Assembly (NCBI GenBank): GCA_016208165.1
Contig: JACQYL010000001.1
Coordinates: 8,099 to 72,098, forward strand
Direction of reading: 5' to 3'
DNA: 64,000 bases
DNA from: Deltaproteobacteria bacterium
GTDB taxonomy: Bacteria > Desulfobacterota > Desulfarculia > JACQYL01
The notes under the pieces were generated by a model. It worked only from the letters and a program-made list of their open reading frames with translations. It was not told where the DNA came from and did not search any database. Within the stretch, counting starts at the first letter, position 1; each line of letters opens with the position of its first letter. The position numbers and the translations under genes are program-made. Shown here one piece after another: positions 47,920 to 57,805 of the stretch.

Positions 47920-48614
47920 CGGTACAAGTCCAGTAATGTAAGAATGGCGCCGGCCGGTTCGTCGGAGGCGCGGGATTAGAGGCACAAATACCGGTCTCGG
48001 GAGCGCGGACACGAATGGAACAACGCCGAGCATTTGCAGAACTTTCCGCCGCCCCCGCTTTGCAGGTGCATTCAATTTCGACTAAATTCCGTCTTACCAT
48101 GGGGGTAACTCGGTTGGGAAGCGGTTTTCCACGGTGATTCGCTTCTATCTTAATATCTAGGTGACAACATTAGCTTATCCTAATATCTGGTCAACTTCCT
48201 CACGGTCGTGTATAAAGGGCGCCTCATGACACTTCAGCCGGAGGTTCCCTGCTTTGAACTTTCGGGAAGTCTTTGTTAGACTTGTTGTGCGACGGGAAGA
48301 GCAGCCCTATCATGAACTGAGGGGTAAACATCGCGAAGGACTGTTACACCCCAAGAAAGCAGGTACCCTGTCCCAAGAAGGTGATGAAGAACCTAAGCGC
48401 ACTAAGACCATAGAACCCGGACGCTCAAATGTATTGGACGCCATCGGCGCGTTGCGCGAACCATCGCAAGTACTCCCGAGGGCTCGTCCACGAAGCCAAA
48501 AGCGGTCAGGTCATGCTCAGGAAATTCGAGGGATACTCGCTTCCGGCGGATCCTTCTCCGTAGAACCAATTAAGTTCCACTGCAGCTGCTCAACACGGGT
48601 ATCGAGGTGCGATA

Positions 48615-49940
48615 TTGGACCGGAGCATATACAACAAAGCGGTGCTGGGCTGGAGCCTGTACGATTTCGCCAACTCGGCGTTCGCCACCACCATCCTCGC
48701 CGTGATCTTCAACAAGTATTTCGCCCAGGTGGTGGCCGGTGGGGAGACCGGTGTCCTGATCTGGGGGGTACGAATCCCTGGCGCGGCATTGTTCGGCTAT
48801 GTGCTTTCCATGAGTTACGCGGTGGCGGCGTTCATGGGTCCCGTACTGGGCGCCATAGCGGATGAAACCCGCGCGAAAAAGAGGTTTCTCGGCGTCTTCT
48901 GCTGCCTGGGAGTGGTGTGTTCCGCCCTGCTCTATTTCGTGCACACCGGAGACGTCCTGTTGGGAAGCACGCTGTTCATTCTGGCGAATGTGGGCTTCGG
49001 TGGAGGGATGGTTTTCTACAATGCATTTTTGACTGAAATTTCGAACGAAGACAATGTGGGCCGTATCTCCGGGATCGGATGGGCTCTCGGTTACATAGGA
49101 GGCGGGCTCCTGCTGGCGCTGAATCTGGTGATGCTCGAATTTCCGCATTGGCTTGGATTTCCCGCCAAAACCTTCACTGTGGGTCATTGCTTTGTTTCCG
49201 TGGCTGTTTGGTGGGGAGTATTTGCGTTGCCGTTTTTCTTCTGGGTGAAGGAAAGGCGGGACTGCACAACGGCGCGGCCCGGTTCCGGATACCTTCGCCT
49301 CGGATTTTCGAGGGTGTTCGAGACCCTTCATCATATACGCCAACACAAGGAATTCACGAAATTCCTAGTCGCCTATCTCCTGTTCAACGACGGCATTGAA
49401 ACCGTCATTGTGTTCGCCTCGATCTTCGGAGCCGCCGTGGTGGGCATGGAGACGCACGAGCTGATCCTGTTCTTCCTGGTGATTCAGGGGACGGCGTTTT
49501 TCGGATCCCTCCTTTTAGGCTTTCTATCGGATCGCCTCGGCCAGAAAGGTACCCTTATGGCTACCCTGTTCGTGTGGACGGGCGTGGTCCTGTGGGCCTA
49601 TTTCATGGGATTTTGGGACCTTAAAAAAGAGTACTGGATCCTGGGGATCGTTTCGGGCACGGTGCTGGGCGGCTCTCAGTCCATAGCCCGTTCGATGGCA
49701 GGAAGACTGATTCCTACAGGACGCAGCGCCGAGTTCTTCGGTTTTTACGCCATCAGCGGCCGTTTTGCGGCCATCTTCGGCCCCGCCCTTTACAGTTCGG
49801 TCATCACCGTGACGGGCAGCATGCGATCGGGAGTACTCTCGCTGGGCATACTCTTTCTGGCGGGTATGATCGGTCTGTCGTGGGTCCGGGTCTCGAAAAA
49901 AACCGGGGCGGCTCGATTCGAGGAAACTTTGAGCGCCTGA
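48615..49940 (+). CDS. MFS transporter, UMF1/Atg22-like family
   Basis: Reads WSLYDFANSAFATTILAVIFNKYF, the UMF1 N-terminal motif, with 12 TM segments. The ORF track gives a TTG start, so the exact start is uncertain. Confidence 0.7.
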   Translation: MDRSIYNKAVLGWSLYDFANSAFATTILAVIFNKYFAQVVAGGETGVLIWGVRIPGAALFGYVLSMSYAVAAFMGPVLGAIADETRAKKRFLGVFCCLGVVCSALLYFVHTGDVLLGSTLFILANVGFGGGMVFYNAFLTEISNEDNVGRISGIGWALGYIGGGLLLALNLVMLEFPHWLGFPAKTFTVGHCFVSVAVWWGVFALPFFFWVKERRDCTTARPGSGYLRLGFSRVFETLHHIRQHKEFTKFLVAYLLFNDGIETVIVFASIFGAAVVGMETHELILFFLVIQGTAFFGSLLLGFLSDRLGQKGTLMATLFVWTGVVLWAYFMGFWDLKKEYWILGIVSGTVLGGSQSIARSMAGRLIPTGRSAEFFGFYAISGRFAAIFGPALYSSVITVTGSMRSGVLSLGILFLAGMIGLSWVRVSKKTGAARFEETLSA

Positions 49941-50208
49941 TCGTCGAGAACGAGGCCGAGAATACAAAAAGCAGTCCGATGGCCGCTCCCGCCAGAGGAT
50001 CCGTACCGGATACCAGCCCAAAAAACGAATGCCGGAACGACGAAAAATACGATCGACTCCTTCCCAAAGGCGGCCCATCCCAATGCCAATACCAACAGCT
50101 GCATACCCAGGATCAGCAGAAGGGAATGCAGCAGATTCAGAATCCTGTGCTCGGAAATCTTGGAGGAATCCAGTTCCATGACGTACCAGGTGTCCCGAGT
50201 AGGTTAAA

Positions 50209-51813
50209 TTATTCGAAACGGATGTCGTCGACGTTGATGTGACCCCAGCCGCTGCTCGATTGATCCACAATGCGGATTCGGGCGGTCCGGCCCAGGAAAG
50301 GCCTCACGTCCCAGACCAAGCTCTCCATGGTCTCATTGCACTTGCCGGCGGCCTTTCTTTCCACTTTGCCGCCAACCAGCAGTTCCATGCGCACCTTGGA
50401 TTCATCGCATCCTCCGCCGATCCGAAATCGGATATTCGGCTCGGTGATGGTAAAGGGGTCCGAAAGGAGTGTTCCCTGGGGCCCATCTCCCTGGACCGCC
50501 CCCGGTGGATCCGATGGACGGGGCCGCTTCTCAAATCCCCCTATCCAGTAGTCGCCTTCATGGCCGGACGGCTGTCCTCTCCGTCGGGCCGTGGGGTTGT
50601 CCCCATAGGTGGGCTGATGGGTAAACGCATTACCCGTCTTCTTCCATCCGGGCAGCTGCGGATTTTCGAAATCCCAACTGATTTCCGCGGAGCCGGGAGA
50701 CGCTAAAGGCTGGGCGCCGACGTCTTCCCCGGATTTCGGAGCTTTACCTTCCGAGGCCGGTCCCAGGTCAAGGAAGCGGACGTCGTCAAAATTGATGTGC
50801 CCCCACCCTGCGCTCGACCCGTCCACCAGTCGTATGCGCGCCGATTTCCCCTGGAATTTGGAGACATCCCAATAGACGCGCTGCATGCTCTCGTTACAAT
50901 TTCCGGTGGACGCCCGGACAACGCGCCCATCTACAACGAGTTCCGCGCGCGCGGTAGTCATGTCGCAGCCGCCGCCCAAGAGAAAGCCGATACCCGGTTT
51001 GGCGATGACAAACGGCGACGAGGTGAGGGTTCCCTGCGGGCCATCCCCTTGTATCGCTCCGGGCCGGTCAAAAGGTCGGGGACGCCTTTCGAATCCGCCG
51101 ATCCAATAGTCTCCTTCGTGCATGGACGGCTGACCTCGGTGGCGGGCCGTTGGGTTGTCTCCGTAGGTGGGCTGGGATAGGAAAGCATCTCCCGTTTGTT
51201 CCCATCCCGACAGGTCACCGGTCTCAAAATCCCATGTAGTTTCCGTGGCTTCCTCGGTTTGAATCGGCTCCTTTTCTCCGCCGGTGGTTTCCGCCTTGGC
51301 CGGCGGCGTTACTGAAACCGGGGGAACTTCCGTTTTTTCCGTTCCGAGAAGCCCTCCTATCAGGGTGCGAGTCAGGGTAGTGAGGAGATTCAGATCGTTG
51401 CCGCTCACGTTGCGCCCCAATTTGGCCTCTCCGGTTTTCACGTCGATCATCCTCGAGTTGATGGTATAGGCCGTGCCGATTTTGACGACCGAACCCACGA
51501 TGATGAGATCCGCGCCCAGAAGCTTGCCGAGTTCCACGGCGCTGCGGTCATCGATCACACCGGACATCTGAAGTTCCTGTTCGGAAAGGGCCCTTCTGAT
51601 TTGAGCGCGTTCCACAACGCGAAATTGTTGGGTGCCCACCAGTTCGGTCCGCATGATCTCGGCTACCGCTTTTCCGAGGTATTCCTCGGAGCCGATGCTT
51701 TCGAAATCCAGAACGGCAACGGTTGGTTTATTCTCCGCGATTCCGGTGCAAACCACGAACAGCATGGCGAGACAGACCACACTGGTGATCTTTGAAAAGA
51801 ACGAGGGCTCCAT
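50209..51813 (-). CDS. secreted/lipoprotein with N-terminal CsgG-like alpha/beta module and two tandem ~154-aa beta-sandwich-like domains
   Basis: Signal peptide MEPSFFSKITSVVCLAMLFVVC. CsgG-like segment (TVAVLDFESIGSEEYLGKAVAEIMRTEL...FRVVER...LLGADLIIVGSV). Two repeats (WDFETGDLSGWEQTGDAF...GWGHINFDDVRF and WDFENPQLPGWKKTGNAF...GWGHINVDDIRF). Confidence 0.65.
   Translation of the reverse strand: MEPSFFSKITSVVCLAMLFVVCTGIAENKPTVAVLDFESIGSEEYLGKAVAEIMRTELVGTQQFRVVERAQIRRALSEQELQMSGVIDDRSAVELGKLLGADLIIVGSVVKIGTAYTINSRMIDVKTGEAKLGRNVSGNDLNLLTTLTRTLIGGLLGTEKTEVPPVSVTPPAKAETTGGEKEPIQTEEATETTWDFETGDLSGWEQTGDAFLSQPTYGDNPTARHRGQPSMHEGDYWIGGFERRPRPFDRPGAIQGDGPQGTLTSSPFVIAKPGIGFLLGGGCDMTTARAELVVDGRVVRASTGNCNESMQRVYWDVSKFQGKSARIRLVDGSSAGWGHINFDDVRFLDLGPASEGKAPKSGEDVGAQPLASPGSAEISWDFENPQLPGWKKTGNAFTHQPTYGDNPTARRRGQPSGHEGDYWIGGFEKRPRPSDPPGAVQGDGPQGTLLSDPFTITEPNIRFRIGGGCDESKVRMELLVGGKVERKAAGKCNETMESLVWDVRPFLGRTARIRIVDQSSSGWGHINVDDIRFE
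50212..51234 (-). repeat. intragenic tandem duplication (two ~460-bp copies at 50212-50676 and 50773-51234, about 65% aa identity)
   Basis: The duplication is visible as parallel six-frame ORFs on both strands (for example 50239-50706 and 50797-51180). Confidence 0.7.
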
Positions 51814-52104
51814 GTCAGGACTCCGTTTCGATTGGGTGACTTTAACCTGCCTGTGTTTCTGGAGACGTCTCACCTGCGCGCCGGGAATTCGGACCCGTCT
51901 TCCACGGCTTGGGAGAGCCCCCTGACCGGGGACTCTCTTCCCGCAGTGATCGTGTCCAGTCTTCTATACCTCTTGTCAAAATTCAACCTTTTTGTCCGGT
52001 TTCGGCTGAACCCGTACAACAAGCGATTGCAGAGAAAGCATCCGGGTGCCGTAAGTATTAACGGGGGGAAAACTTTTCAAAAAACTCTTGGAATGTCTCA
52101 CGGC

Positions 52105-52140
52105 ATAGCCCGAGCTTGACTGGTCGGGCTATTTTATATA
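52105..52140 (+). other. perfect 9-bp hairpin (ATAGCCCGA-N10-TCGGGCTAT) followed by TTTTATATA, at the GC/AT boundary upstream of the AT-rich ORFan; the loop contains a TTGACT -35-like hexamer
   Basis: Read directly from the sequence. It could be a terminator-like structure or a promoter/attenuator marking the left edge of the AT-rich islet. Confidence 0.4.
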
Positions 52141-52149
52141 TGAAAAACT

Positions 52150-52740
52150 ATGGGTAAAAAATCCAAGAAAAACCGGAAATCAAAGAAAGGAAAACCAAAC
52201 CACCAAAAACGGCCCATATCAAACCAATCCGAAAGGCGCAAAAAAGTTCAAGAAAAAAACTTCTCAAAAATATCAATAGTTCCAAAAAAGTTAATTGCTA
52301 TAATCTGTACTCTCTCAAGTATAATAGCATTTGTCTTTTTGTTTTTCCCAAGAGTGGCTCTCGAAATTGGACCAATATTAAAACCAAATGATCCATTCAA
52401 GAATATTTTATACCTTTCAAATAATGGGTATTTCCCTATTTATAAAATATCTTGTTCGGTATATATCGTAGAGGCAAAAGGTGAAAATGCCAATTTCAGC
52501 CGTAATAATGTCTGGGATGTAAAAGGATTAAATTTACCTAAAATATCACCAGACGATAAAGCTCCATTAAGGCTTGAACATGTACTTAATATACAACCAT
52601 TCATTTTAGATCGTATTAAAGTGAAATTAACTATAAATTGTAAACTTTGGCCGATTCCGTTAAATTTTACTAAAGTTTTCCATATAGAGGCCAAGCAAAC
52701 CTTTGATAAGAAGTGGATTTGGATTCATTCAACGGAATAG
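52150..52740 (+). CDS. hypothetical Lys-rich membrane-anchored protein encoded in an AT-rich (~30% GC) islet
   Basis: Reads MGKKSKKNRKSKKGKPNHQKRP..., then one TM helix (LIAIICTLSSIIAFVFLFF) and a ~120-aa Lys/Asn/Ile-rich domain. Codon usage is completely different from the flanking genes. Confidence 0.45.
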   Translation: MGKKSKKNRKSKKGKPNHQKRPISNQSERRKKVQEKNFSKISIVPKKLIAIICTLSSIIAFVFLFFPRVALEIGPILKPNDPFKNILYLSNNGYFPIYKISCSVYIVEAKGENANFSRNNVWDVKGLNLPKISPDDKAPLRLEHVLNIQPFILDRIKVKLTINCKLWPIPLNFTKVFHIEAKQTFDKKWIWIHSTE

Positions 52741-52787
52741 ATATCTACCGTAAAATGGGACATTCCGAAACGATGAAAAAGTCCGGC

Positions 52788-53852
52788 TCAGGGTTCCAAA
52801 TTCAGCGAAGAGGCATGCTTGCGATAGAGCCCCCGGAACTGGTGGTAGGTGAGGCCCAGAAGCTCGGCCGCTTTATGCTGGCGGAAGCGGGCCTCGAGGA
52901 GGGCCCGCTGAATCAGTCGAATTTCAAGATCGGCCACCTGCCGGGTCAACGGGGTGTCCAGGGCTAGGGCGGGTTCAAGCGGAGACTGGACCGCCGAATC
53001 AGCGGTCTGGCTCTGTTCGGAAGGGGGCGCCAAAACGGATTCAGGGAACGGATCGAAGACGATTTCTTTAATGGATTCAGAGTCGGATCGGTAAACGGCG
53101 CGTTCCACTACGTTCTTGAGTTCGCGTACATTTCCGGGCCAGGAATAGGCCTCAAGGGAGATCATGGCCTCTCGAGTGAACACCGGCAGGGCGTCGTGTC
53201 CCAATTCCTTTGCGATGCGCGAAGCGAAGTGACGCGCGAGAAGAGACACATCTCCCGCCCTGTTCCTGAGCGCCGGCAACAGCAGTACTTCAAAGGAGAG
53301 CCGGTCGAGGAGGTCGCGTTTGAACCGGCCTTCGCGCGCCAGGGCCGGCAAGTCCGCATTGGTGGCCCCGATGATGCGGACATCGACCATTACGACGTCC
53401 GACCCTCCAACCCGTTCAAAAGTGCCGTATTCCACGACGCGAAGAATTTTCTCCTGGGCTTCAAGGGGAATATTGCCGATTTCGTCGAGGAAAAGCGTAC
53501 CCCCGTGAGCGGCCTCGAAGCGCCCTATTCTTCGTTTGACGGCGCCGGTAAACGCCCCCGGCTCATACCCGAAGAGCTCGGATTCGATGAGGCCCGGAGA
53601 GAGGGCCGCGCAATTCAGAGCAAGCAGGGGACTCCTCCAACGGTGGGAAAGATAATGGAGACGGGAGGCGGCCAGTTCCTTACCGGTTCCTCTTTCTCCG
53701 ATGATGAGGATTGGGCGGTCCACACGTGCGGCCCGAGATAGACGCTCCTGGAAATCCAGAAAGGATTCCGACTCACCAAGGCCTTCCTGGGAAGCGAGGG
53801 CGGGCATGTCGGTCTGGTTGCGAGTGAAGGATGACATGGTGTATATTACCAT
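52788..53852 (-). CDS. pspF: sigma-54-dependent transcriptional activator PspF (AAA+ domain plus C-terminal HTH, no receiver domain)
   Basis: Walker A GERGTGKELAASRLH. GAFTGA motif (FGYEPGAFTGA). Arg finger region. C-terminal HTH KAAELLGLTYHQFRGLYRKH. It is divergent from pspABC. Confidence 0.85.
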   Translation of the reverse strand: MVIYTMSSFTRNQTDMPALASQEGLGESESFLDFQERLSRAARVDRPILIIGERGTGKELAASRLHYLSHRWRSPLLALNCAALSPGLIESELFGYEPGAFTGAVKRRIGRFEAAHGGTLFLDEIGNIPLEAQEKILRVVEYGTFERVGGSDVVMVDVRIIGATNADLPALAREGRFKRDLLDRLSFEVLLLPALRNRAGDVSLLARHFASRIAKELGHDALPVFTREAMISLEAYSWPGNVRELKNVVERAVYRSDSESIKEIVFDPFPESVLAPPSEQSQTADSAVQSPLEPALALDTPLTRQVADLEIRLIQRALLEARFRQHKAAELLGLTYHQFRGLYRKHASSLNLEP

Positions 53853-53968
53853 ATATAGGCTAAAATAGCCAGTATTTTGCTAAAACAGCCGGATTACGTT
53901 CAGCCGGCGGGTCTCTGATTCACGTACAACTCGTTGATATTGCTTAGCTAGTATGGATTTTGCCCAAG

Positions 53969-53985
53969 TTGGCCCGGTTGTTGCC
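53969..53985 (+). promoter_or_regulatory. sigma-54 (-24/-12) promoter for pspA: TTGGCCCGGTTGTTGCC
   Basis: GG-N10-GC spacing with a TGGC...TTGC core, ~40 nt upstream of the pspA ATG, in the pspF-pspA divergent intergenic region. Confidence 0.6.
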
Positions 53986-54023
53986 CACTTTCATGGCAAC
54001 CAAGCCACAAGAGAGGTGACATC

Positions 54024-54707
54024 ATGGGCGTTTTCAGCAGAGTTCGAGATATCGTGAGTTCAAACATCAATGCCATGCTGGACCGGGCGGAAGACCCGGA
54101 GAAGCTGGTCCGGCTCATGATCCAGGAGATGGAGGACACCCTGGTGGAAATCAAAGCCTCGTGCGCAGGGGCTATGGCAGCCAAAAAACAAACGCAGCGG
54201 GCTTTGGAAGACCACCGGGAGCGGACCCGTTCGTGGGAGCAGAGGGCGGAGCTGGCCGTTGGAAAGGGGCGCGAGGACCTGGCCAGAGAGGCGTTGCTGG
54301 AAAAACGCCGGTACCTGCAGCGCGCGGAGACCCTGGAGGACGAAATGGGTCAGACGCAGGCCATCATTGCCCAATACCAGGAACAGATCGCCCAGCTCGA
54401 GGAGAAGCTGGCCACGGCCAGAGAAAAGCAGCGTCTGCTCGTTCAGCGACACGTTCATGCCCGTGATCGGAAACGAGCCCAGGAAGACATTCGGCGCTTC
54501 GAAACTTCCGATGTGTTCCTGAGGTTCGAGCAGTTCGAGAACCGCATCGAGCGCATGGAAGCCGAGGCGGAGATGGTCAATCTCGGTCGCACTCCGTCGC
54601 TGGACGACGAGTTTGCCCGTTTAGCGGAAGGCGAAGAGATCGAGCGAGAACTCGAGACGTTGAAAGCCAAATGTGGACGAAGGGGCGAAGAACACCGACC
54701 GATGTGA
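54024..54707 (+). CDS. pspA: phage shock protein A
   Basis: Reads MGVFSRVRDIVSSNINAMLDRAEDPEKLVRLMIQEMEDTLVEIKAS..., the PspA/IM30 N-terminus, then a long coiled coil. AGAGAGG lies upstream. Confidence 0.9.
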   Translation: MGVFSRVRDIVSSNINAMLDRAEDPEKLVRLMIQEMEDTLVEIKASCAGAMAAKKQTQRALEDHRERTRSWEQRAELAVGKGREDLAREALLEKRRYLQRAETLEDEMGQTQAIIAQYQEQIAQLEEKLATAREKQRLLVQRHVHARDRKRAQEDIRRFETSDVFLRFEQFENRIERMEAEAEMVNLGRTPSLDDEFARLAEGEEIERELETLKAKCGRRGEEHRPM

Positions 54708-54754
54708 TCGGGATGAAACGGACAAAGCTGAGTTGATCTGCATATGGAGGAAAG

Positions 54755-55000
54755 ATGAGTGAGGTTCTGTTGGCCTTCGTGCTGATCCTGGGTCTGCCCG
54801 TCCTGATCGTGGCGGGATTCTTCCTGATTTGGGTTTTGAAAATCCTCACACGTGGGGGCCCGCATAAGCGAGATGAGGCTCAAGCCGAGGAAACCCGTTT
54901 GATCCAGGAACTCCACCAGGGCCTTTTGAAGATGGAGGAGCGCATCGAGGCCCTGGAAACGATCTTGCTCGATGCGGAAAAAAAGGAAGATCGAAAATGA
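54755..55000 (+). CDS. pspB: phage shock protein B
   Basis: 81 aa with a single TM (LLAFVLILGLPVLIVAGFFLIWVL) and the C-terminal EERIEALETILLD. Its position is between pspA and pspC. Confidence 0.8.
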   Translation: MSEVLLAFVLILGLPVLIVAGFFLIWVLKILTRGGPHKRDEAQAEETRLIQELHQGLLKMEERIEALETILLDAEKKEDRK

Positions 55001-55401
55001 ATAGAGCGAACGAGAGATCGAGAACCGGTTTGTACCGTTCGCGGCGCGGTGTGATTTTAGGCGTTTGTCGCGGAGTGGCGGACTACTTCGACATATCCGT
55101 ATTCTGGACCCGCGTCGTGTTCGTTGCCGTACTGCTGTTTACAGGCATTTGGCCTATAGCAGGGCTGTATCTGGTGGCCGCCGCATTGATGAAGCCGGAG
55201 CCGGTGGTTCCGTTTCGAACGGAAGTCGATAGGGAGTTCTATAATTCGTATACGGCTTCCCGAGAATTGGGCCTTCATCGTTTGAAAGGCGCCTTCGACC
55301 GGCTCGACCGGCGATTGCGACGCATGGAAGACCTGGTGACCGCTCGGGAGTTCGACTGGGATCGTAGGTTCAGGGGTCCGGATTCGGGTAGAGGTCGATG
55401 A
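54997..55401 (+). CDS. pspC: phage shock protein C
   Basis: Reads LYRSRRGVILGVCRGVADYFDISVFWTRVVFVAVLLF, the PspC domain. Its start overlaps the pspB stop (ATGA). Confidence 0.8.
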   Translation: MNRANERSRTGLYRSRRGVILGVCRGVADYFDISVFWTRVVFVAVLLFTGIWPIAGLYLVAAALMKPEPVVPFRTEVDREFYNSYTASRELGLHRLKGAFDRLDRRLRRMEDLVTAREFDWDRRFRGPDSGRGR

Positions 55402-55631
55402 GGCGCCCCGGCGTTTTTATGGCGGGTCCCGTTTTACAAACTCCGTAGATTCTGATAGAGTATCATATAACCACAAAAAAAGAGCACCGCGCACGTCGAA
55501 TCCGAGGCGCCAGGGTGGTGTCCTTTCCTTTGAAAATCCAGCCCTTCGCGGCTGCATTTTCCACTTCTTTTTCTCGTCGCGAGGGGCTGGAGTCGAATCG
55601 ACCTGCGGGCTGTTCGATCCGGAGTGAACCC

Positions 55632-55994
55632 ATGGTGAGACGGCTTTCGTTTACCAAGTACGAGCATGAAGTCCTTCCTGACTTCAGACAAAAAATCAAC
55701 ATGGCGGAATCCACCAGAGACGTCAGGAACTCCTTCTATCACGCGGCTTCGGAACTCTTCGACAACGTATTCGGAGATGCGGTTCGAATTGATTACGACG
55801 ACATCGAACTCGTGCCGGACTGCGATGATTGTTTTGTCATAAGCGACCGTCTGCGGAAGTCCACGGACTTCGCAACCATATGGAAAGATTCGGATCTGCC
55901 CAACGTTGTTGCTCGGATGGCGAGATCCGCAACGAATCGCTGCAAGAGACTGGAAAAACATTCTGAGAAGACCGACGCCAAAATCAGGATGTAG
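55632..55994 (+). CDS. hypothetical acidic protein
   Basis: The protein-like composition reads better than the overlapping minus-strand ORF. There is no recognisable domain. Confidence 0.3.
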   Translation: MVRRLSFTKYEHEVLPDFRQKINMAESTRDVRNSFYHAASELFDNVFGDAVRIDYDDIELVPDCDDCFVISDRLRKSTDFATIWKDSDLPNVVARMARSATNRCKRLEKHSEKTDAKIRM

Positions 55995-56200
55995 CAACGG
56001 TTACGCACTCGGCTGATTCCGGCGCGAACAGCGGCCGGCCGGGAAGCCCTGAGTCACGAAAGGGGTCGGCTGCCGAAAGGGAGAGGTGTGGATGCACAAC
56101 GCCCGGTCGGTAAAGTGGTCGGTGCGCCCCGGCGCATGCTCGATCCTGCAGCACGGAGGTCGCCGGCTGCTTAACTCGGGATGCGGTAGGGTGTCGCGGA

Positions 56201-57805
56201 TCAGATACCGAAGATTTCTCGTATTCCGAACAGCAATTTGTCTCTGATCGACGCCTCTTTCCTCCCTCCGGTCAGCGCTTTGAGCCGGACCGATTCGCTC
56301 TCCATATATTTTTGGTCGGACAGCTCGACCGCGCGTTCTTTCTCCGCAAGGCGCGTCGCCAACACAGAACTGATGTTTTCCGCAAGAGCGGGATGGCTCT
56401 TGATGATGTGTTGAAAACTCTTCCTATGTAAGACAAATACTTCGCAATCCGTTTCGGCCGTCACGGTTGCCGAGCGCTTTTCTCCGGTCAGGACGGAAAG
56501 CTCTCCGAAAAAGTTTCCGGCAGTGAGACAGGCTATTCGAGTCCGTTGCTTCTGCGATGAATCCGCATACACCTCCACGCTTCCCGATCCGACGATGTAA
56601 AAGGATTCTCCATCGTCACCTTGCCTGATCAGGGTTTCCCCCTGGGAATAGTACTCGACGTACACTTCGCCGCTCAAGAACCGGAAATCATCATCGCTGA
56701 GGGGGGACAGGAAGTCGATGGATCGAAGTATCTTTTCAACGGCGCTCTTTCTTTCTTCCGGGGTGACTTCGGGTTGCACCCGCACGTCACGAACGGGATA
56801 AGGAATTTTGATGCCGTTCCGCTTAAATTGATACCAGATCCGGCGAAATACCTTATCTTCTATGGCGCGAACCCTATCGTAATCGGTGATCCAAAAACGA
56901 AGCTGGTAAACGATCGCGAAGTCGCCGTATTCAATCAAAAACACGGTGGGAGGGGGGGTCTTCTGGACTTCATCGATACCGAGAGCGCTCTGTATCAAAA
57001 CGGCGGCCGCTTGATTCGGCGGGTGATCGTACGAAACGCCGATGTTCTTTCTGCAAAGATGACTTCTCCAGGGAGCGGAGTAGTTGACAAGGCTCGATTT
57101 CGCAATCGCGTTGTTCGGAACAACGATCATGTCCTCGGATCGGTCCACGAGTTTGACCGAACGCCAGTTGATTTCAATCACCCTGCATTCTTTGCCTTCG
57201 ACGAGCACCCAGTCTCCTATCTTGAAGGGATTGTCCATCTGAATGGACAATCCGGCGAACAGATTTCCAAGCGTATCCTGGAGCGCCAAGCCGATGATCA
57301 GAGAAAATATGGCCGAGGTAGTGAGCAACGAGGTGAAATTGACATTGAAATAGACTCCCAGAAGCCAGATAACAATGATGAGATATAGAATGACTTTGCC
57401 GCTGTCCCGAACCAAAGCGGGTATTTTATGTTTGGACGGTCGACGTCGATAGTGCGCTTCCAGAAAAAGACTCACGGTCCCAATGGCGATATAAACGGAT
57501 ATCACCGCCAGAAGGATCTGTACTAAGGTCGGAACATGACCGGTGTACCCCTGCAGGAAGAAGGCTAGGTGGATGCTCGCCAAAATAGTGGCTATGTGCA
57601 CGACGGACAAGAACCTTCGGTTGGTGGTCTTGAACTGGTCCCACACGTCTTTGAACACCGCTGGAAGAATACGCCTCGTCAGAACCAGCGTCAGGATACG
57701 AACCAGAAGATAGAAGAGGACGCCGCAACCCACGGATAGCGCCATTTGCTCCAGAGCGTTCAGGTTTGAATAGAACGCTCGAATCGATGTTATATAAGGC
57801 TTCAA
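56201..57805 (-). CDS. mechanosensitive ion channel (MscS family) with C-terminal cyclic-nucleotide-binding domain
   Basis: N-terminal TM helices. MscS core (ALQDTLGNLFAGLSIQMDNPFKIGDWV...VPNNAIAKSSLVNYS). cNMP-binding domain (GETLIRQGDDGESFYIVGSGSVEV...FFGELSVLTGEKRSATVTA). Confidence 0.85.
   Translation of the reverse strand: MKPYITSIRAFYSNLNALEQMALSVGCGVLFYLLVRILTLVLTRRILPAVFKDVWDQFKTTNRRFLSVVHIATILASIHLAFFLQGYTGHVPTLVQILLAVISVYIAIGTVSLFLEAHYRRRPSKHKIPALVRDSGKVILYLIIVIWLLGVYFNVNFTSLLTTSAIFSLIIGLALQDTLGNLFAGLSIQMDNPFKIGDWVLVEGKECRVIEINWRSVKLVDRSEDMIVVPNNAIAKSSLVNYSAPWRSHLCRKNIGVSYDHPPNQAAAVLIQSALGIDEVQKTPPPTVFLIEYGDFAIVYQLRFWITDYDRVRAIEDKVFRRIWYQFKRNGIKIPYPVRDVRVQPEVTPEERKSAVEKILRSIDFLSPLSDDDFRFLSGEVYVEYYSQGETLIRQGDDGESFYIVGSGSVEVYADSSQKQRTRIACLTAGNFFGELSVLTGEKRSATVTAETDCEVFVLHRKSFQHIIKSHPALAENISSVLATRLAEKERAVELSDQKYMESESVRLKALTGGRKEASIRDKLLFGIREIFGI

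Noticed and set aside
48254-48865. 203-aa plus-strand ORF upstream of and overlapping the MFS transporter start
   Set aside because: Arg/Gly-rich with no domain. It more likely reflects intergenic/promoter sequence and a frame overlap with the UMF1 gene.
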